The translations under genes were made by a program, and so were the position numbers. DNA of 64,000 nt from Candidatus Thermosaccharophagus yellowstonensis (lineage in GTDB: Bacteria; Armatimonadota; Fervidibacteria; Fervidibacterales; Thermosaccharophagaceae). Shown here piece by piece: positions 61,492 through 64,000 of the stretch. The stretch's first letter is position 1. Each line of letters begins with the position of its first letter. The DNA lies in the NCBI GenBank assembly GCA_041537945.1, contig JBGOEK010000002.1, forward strand, positions 46,005 to 110,004. The letters are read 5' to 3'. The notes beneath the pieces are model-generated. The model saw only the letters and a program-made list of their open reading frames with translations. It was not told the DNA's origin and searched no databases.

Positions 61492-63300
61492 ATGGATAGC
61501 GAAGTGATAAGAGAAGTTAGAGAACGCAACGACATTGTTGAAGTCATCTCGTCATACATTACGCTTAAACGAGTTGGTAAGAACTATGTTGCCCTATGCC
61601 CATTCCACCAAGAGAAGACGCCCTCATTCACTGTCAGCCCCGATAAACAACTTTGGCATTGTTTTGGTTGCAAGCTCGGTGGAGATGTGATCGGGTTCGT
61701 TCAGCGCATCGAGAACATTTCATTCGGTGAGGCTTTGCGTAAACTCGCCGAGCGAGTCGGCATAAGGATCCACGGGGAGAGGAGTAAAGAGGAAGCGCTT
61801 CGCTCAAGGTTGATTGAAATAAACCAACTGGCAATGCACTTCTATGAACGCATGCTTTGGTCAAGCGCTGGTGAAGTTGCAAGGTCTTATCTCAAGGCAA
61901 GAGGCGTAAGTTGGGAGATCGCAAGGAAGTTTCACTTGGGTTATGCGCCTGCGGAGTGGGAAGCATTGTCACATTACTTGCGCGAGCATTCCGTCTCACC
62001 TGAAGAAGCAGTCAGCGCTGGGTTGCTCGTGAAAACTGAAACTGGGGATAAGTATTACGACCGCTTCAGAGACAGGCTTATGTTCCCAATCATGTCCAGA
62101 AGCGGTGAAGTGATTGGCTTTGGTGGGAGGGCGCTCAGCGACAACACAGCGAAATACATCAACACTCCAGAGACACCCATCTTCCAAAAGCGCAATGTGC
62201 TTTACGCGCTCCACATAGCCAGCACTGCTATAAGGGAAAGCGGTTCTGCGATAGTTGTTGAAGGATACATGGATGCTATAGCCCTCCACCAGTTCGGGTT
62301 CGCAAACACAGTTGCGACTATGGGAACTGCCCTCACACCCCAAATGCTTTCGCAGTTACGCAGGTATGCACAGACGATTTACCTCGCCTTCGATGCCGAT
62401 TCGGCTGGCATGAATGCAATGCTTCGCTCCTCACTCTTGTTCAGGCAAGAGGGGATAAAGGTTAAAGTTGTCGCGTTGCCGAAGGGCATAGACCCAGACG
62501 AGTGCGTAAGGAAGCATGGAGTTGATGCGTTCAGGAGCTTGCTTGAGAGGAGCTTAGAAATGCTTGATTACAAGGTTGAGTGTTTTCTCTCCTCGCCCGA
62601 TGGAGGGAAACCAAGCAGTAATGCGTTGCGCCAACTCACAGCCTTGCTAATGGAACTGGATGACCCGCTCGAAAGGGAGAGGGTGATGCAGCGGGTAGCG
62701 AGACATTGGGCTGAGGGGGATGGTGGGCGGGTCATCCAGTTTGTCGAAGCGATAAGAAGCGCCTTGAAGAGAGCTGAGGCAATGAGGCAGACGGCTCGGG
62801 GAGAAACATACGGGACAGGAGACATAGTTGAGCAAACAATCATTGACCACACTAAGAGCCATCTCCCAAAAGGTGTTGAGCAAGCTGAGAGGGAGCTAAT
62901 AGCTGCAATGCTACAGGATGAAAGTGTTGCAAGGATGGTGCTTAAGCAACTACCGCCACAGGAATTCATCACTGAGCTTGGGAGGCAAATCGCATCAATC
63001 GTTACAGTGTGCATTGAGAACAACGAGTTCCATAACATCTCACATTACATCTCGGAGTTGCAAGATGAGAGGTTGCGTTCGGAAGCATGTGGCTTAATGA
63101 TGGTTGAGTTGAACTTCTTGAACTCCGAGGAAGCTATCGAAGGGAGAGTGCGAACGATCCAACGCTTCAAGTGCAAACAGCAACTCAAAGTGTTGCGCGA
63201 AACCATCCTCCAGAAGGTTGCAAGCGGTGACATTAATATCTCTTCACAGGAAGTTGAAAAGTTGCTAAAACTTGAAAAGGAGTTCAGGAGCACCGCATGA
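61492..63300 (+). CDS. dnaG: DNA primase DnaG
   Basis: Zinc ribbon CPFHQEKTPSFTVSPDKQLWHCFGCKLGGDVIGFV, and the TOPRIM region VVEGYMDAIALHQFG...LAFDADSAG. The ATG at 61492 follows GAGGAGAG; the track ORF starts at 61441. Confidence 0.93.
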   Translation: MDSEVIREVRERNDIVEVISSYITLKRVGKNYVALCPFHQEKTPSFTVSPDKQLWHCFGCKLGGDVIGFVQRIENISFGEALRKLAERVGIRIHGERSKEEALRSRLIEINQLAMHFYERMLWSSAGEVARSYLKARGVSWEIARKFHLGYAPAEWEALSHYLREHSVSPEEAVSAGLLVKTETGDKYYDRFRDRLMFPIMSRSGEVIGFGGRALSDNTAKYINTPETPIFQKRNVLYALHIASTAIRESGSAIVVEGYMDAIALHQFGFANTVATMGTALTPQMLSQLRRYAQTIYLAFDADSAGMNAMLRSSLLFRQEGIKVKVVALPKGIDPDECVRKHGVDAFRSLLERSLEMLDYKVECFLSSPDGGKPSSNALRQLTALLMELDDPLERERVMQRVARHWAEGDGGRVIQFVEAIRSALKRAEAMRQTARGETYGTGDIVEQTIIDHTKSHLPKGVEQAERELIAAMLQDESVARMVLKQLPPQEFITELGRQIASIVTVCIENNEFHNISHYISELQDERLRSEACGLMMVELNFLNSEEAIEGRVRTIQRFKCKQQLKVLRETILQKVASGDINISSQEVEKLLKLEKEFRSTA

Positions 63301-63334
63301 AACATACGATTGTGGAGGAGGGAAGCGTTTGGAG

Positions 63335-64000
63335 ATGTTTCACGAGGAGATGGGAGACGAGGAAGAAAGGCTCTTCGAAGAGGATGCTTTTTTCTCGCCT
63401 CCCTACGATGCAAGCGATGAGGAGAGCGCCTGCATGGACATGGATACGCTTGAAGAGGAACACACAGAGACAGCCGAAGTTGATGACCCTATGGAAAGCT
63501 TCCTGCGCTTTGTATCGAGCACGCCGATGCTCACAGAGGAAGAGGAGTTAGAACTCTTGAAGCGCCTAAGCAACGGCGATTTGGAGGCACGCCATAGGAT
63601 AGCGGAGGCGAACTTGAGATTAGTCCTTCATGTGGCTAAGCAGTTCGCTAATCAAACCACCCTACCACTCCCCGACATCGTTCAAGAAGGTAGCATAGGA
63701 CTGCTGAAGGCGATCGATAAATTTGACTGGCGTAGAGGGTGTCGTTTTTCAACCTACGCAACTTGGTGGATAAGGCAATCGATAAGGAAGGCGATAGCGG
63801 AGCAAAGCGGAAGCATCAAGATACCTTTACACATAGCGAACACGCTGAGCAAGGTGGCGAGGGCAACAAGCAAACTGATGCAGAAGCTTGGGCGTAAACC
63901 AACTCTGGAAGAGATAGCGAAGGAAGTGAAGATGCCCGTAAGGAAACTCGAAGAGTTAATGCCACTCATGTCTCAGACACTCTCTCTGGAAAGCAAGTTC
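63335..64000 (+). CDS. rpoD: RNA polymerase sigma-70 family primary-like sigma factor, N-terminal and region 2/3 part (runs off the right edge)
   Basis: Absent from the ORF track because it is truncated. Translation from ATG 63335 gives an acidic N-terminus, then LSNGDLEARHRIAEANLRLVLHVAKQF and DIVQEGSIGLLKAIDKFDWRRGCRFSTYATWWIRQSIRKAI (regions 2.1-2.4). It lies directly downstream of dnaG. Confidence 0.9.
   Translation, partial: MFHEEMGDEEERLFEEDAFFSPPYDASDEESACMDMDTLEEEHTETAEVDDPMESFLRFVSSTPMLTEEEELELLKRLSNGDLEARHRIAEANLRLVLHVAKQFANQTTLPLPDIVQEGSIGLLKAIDKFDWRRGCRFSTYATWWIRQSIRKAIAEQSGSIKIPLHIANTLSKVARATSKLMQKLGRKPTLEEIAKEVKMPVRKLEELMPLMSQTLSLESKF

Overview
This is a dense 64-kb chromosomal window with about 55 protein genes, 4 tRNAs and short intergenic gaps. 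I saw no rRNA, CRISPR array, transposase or integrase. The content points to a diderm, LPS-making bacterium: an lptC-like/lptA-like/lptB/lptFG cluster, a heptose-7-phosphate kinase, CDP-hexose genes, ExbB/ExbD, and a TolB-like propeller. The HX9DG/DUF1559-type prepilin-like protein and the many TPR/PD40 envelope proteins resemble Armatimonadota, Planctomycetota or Verrucomicrobiota, but that lineage call is inference only. Housekeeping genes recognised from motifs are recA (cut by the left edge), htrA, accA, nth, rfbF, rfbG, lptB, thiC, thiD, fabG, acpS, tldD, a fadD-like ligase, rmlD, tadA, lgt, smc, dnaG and rpoD (cut by the right edge). Seven observations seem most worth a second look. (1) A co-directional operon at 8.7-15.2 kb encodes a giant TPR protein, ExbB/TolQ, ExbD/TolR and an 844-aa protein; that protein has a TonB/TolA-type SxxxH membrane anchor, a Pro-rich spacer, a glycine-rich tract of about 270 residues, and a DUF4159-like C-terminus in place of a TonB/TolA C-domain. 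(2) Stand-alone NuoB-like and NuoI-like Fe-S proteins are translationally coupled to thiC, a heptose-kinase-like gene and thiD, with no recognisable TPP riboswitch but a candidate structured element upstream. (3) A TolB-like six-blade propeller is fused to five tandem Trp-rich repeats (NBR1 FW-like). (4) A clostripain (C11)-like secreted protein has Ser where the catalytic Cys is expected. (5) A Tat-signal aldo/keto reductase is interrupted by a 1-nt frameshift in an A7/T7 run. (6) A tRNA-Ser plus three tRNA-Arg cluster, including the ACG isoacceptor, sits directly upstream of tadA. (7) An 11-nt promoter-like motif, TGCGCTAWAHT, recurs in three intergenic regions. All functional calls come from reading the translated ORFs and raw sequence by eye. 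No database search was run.
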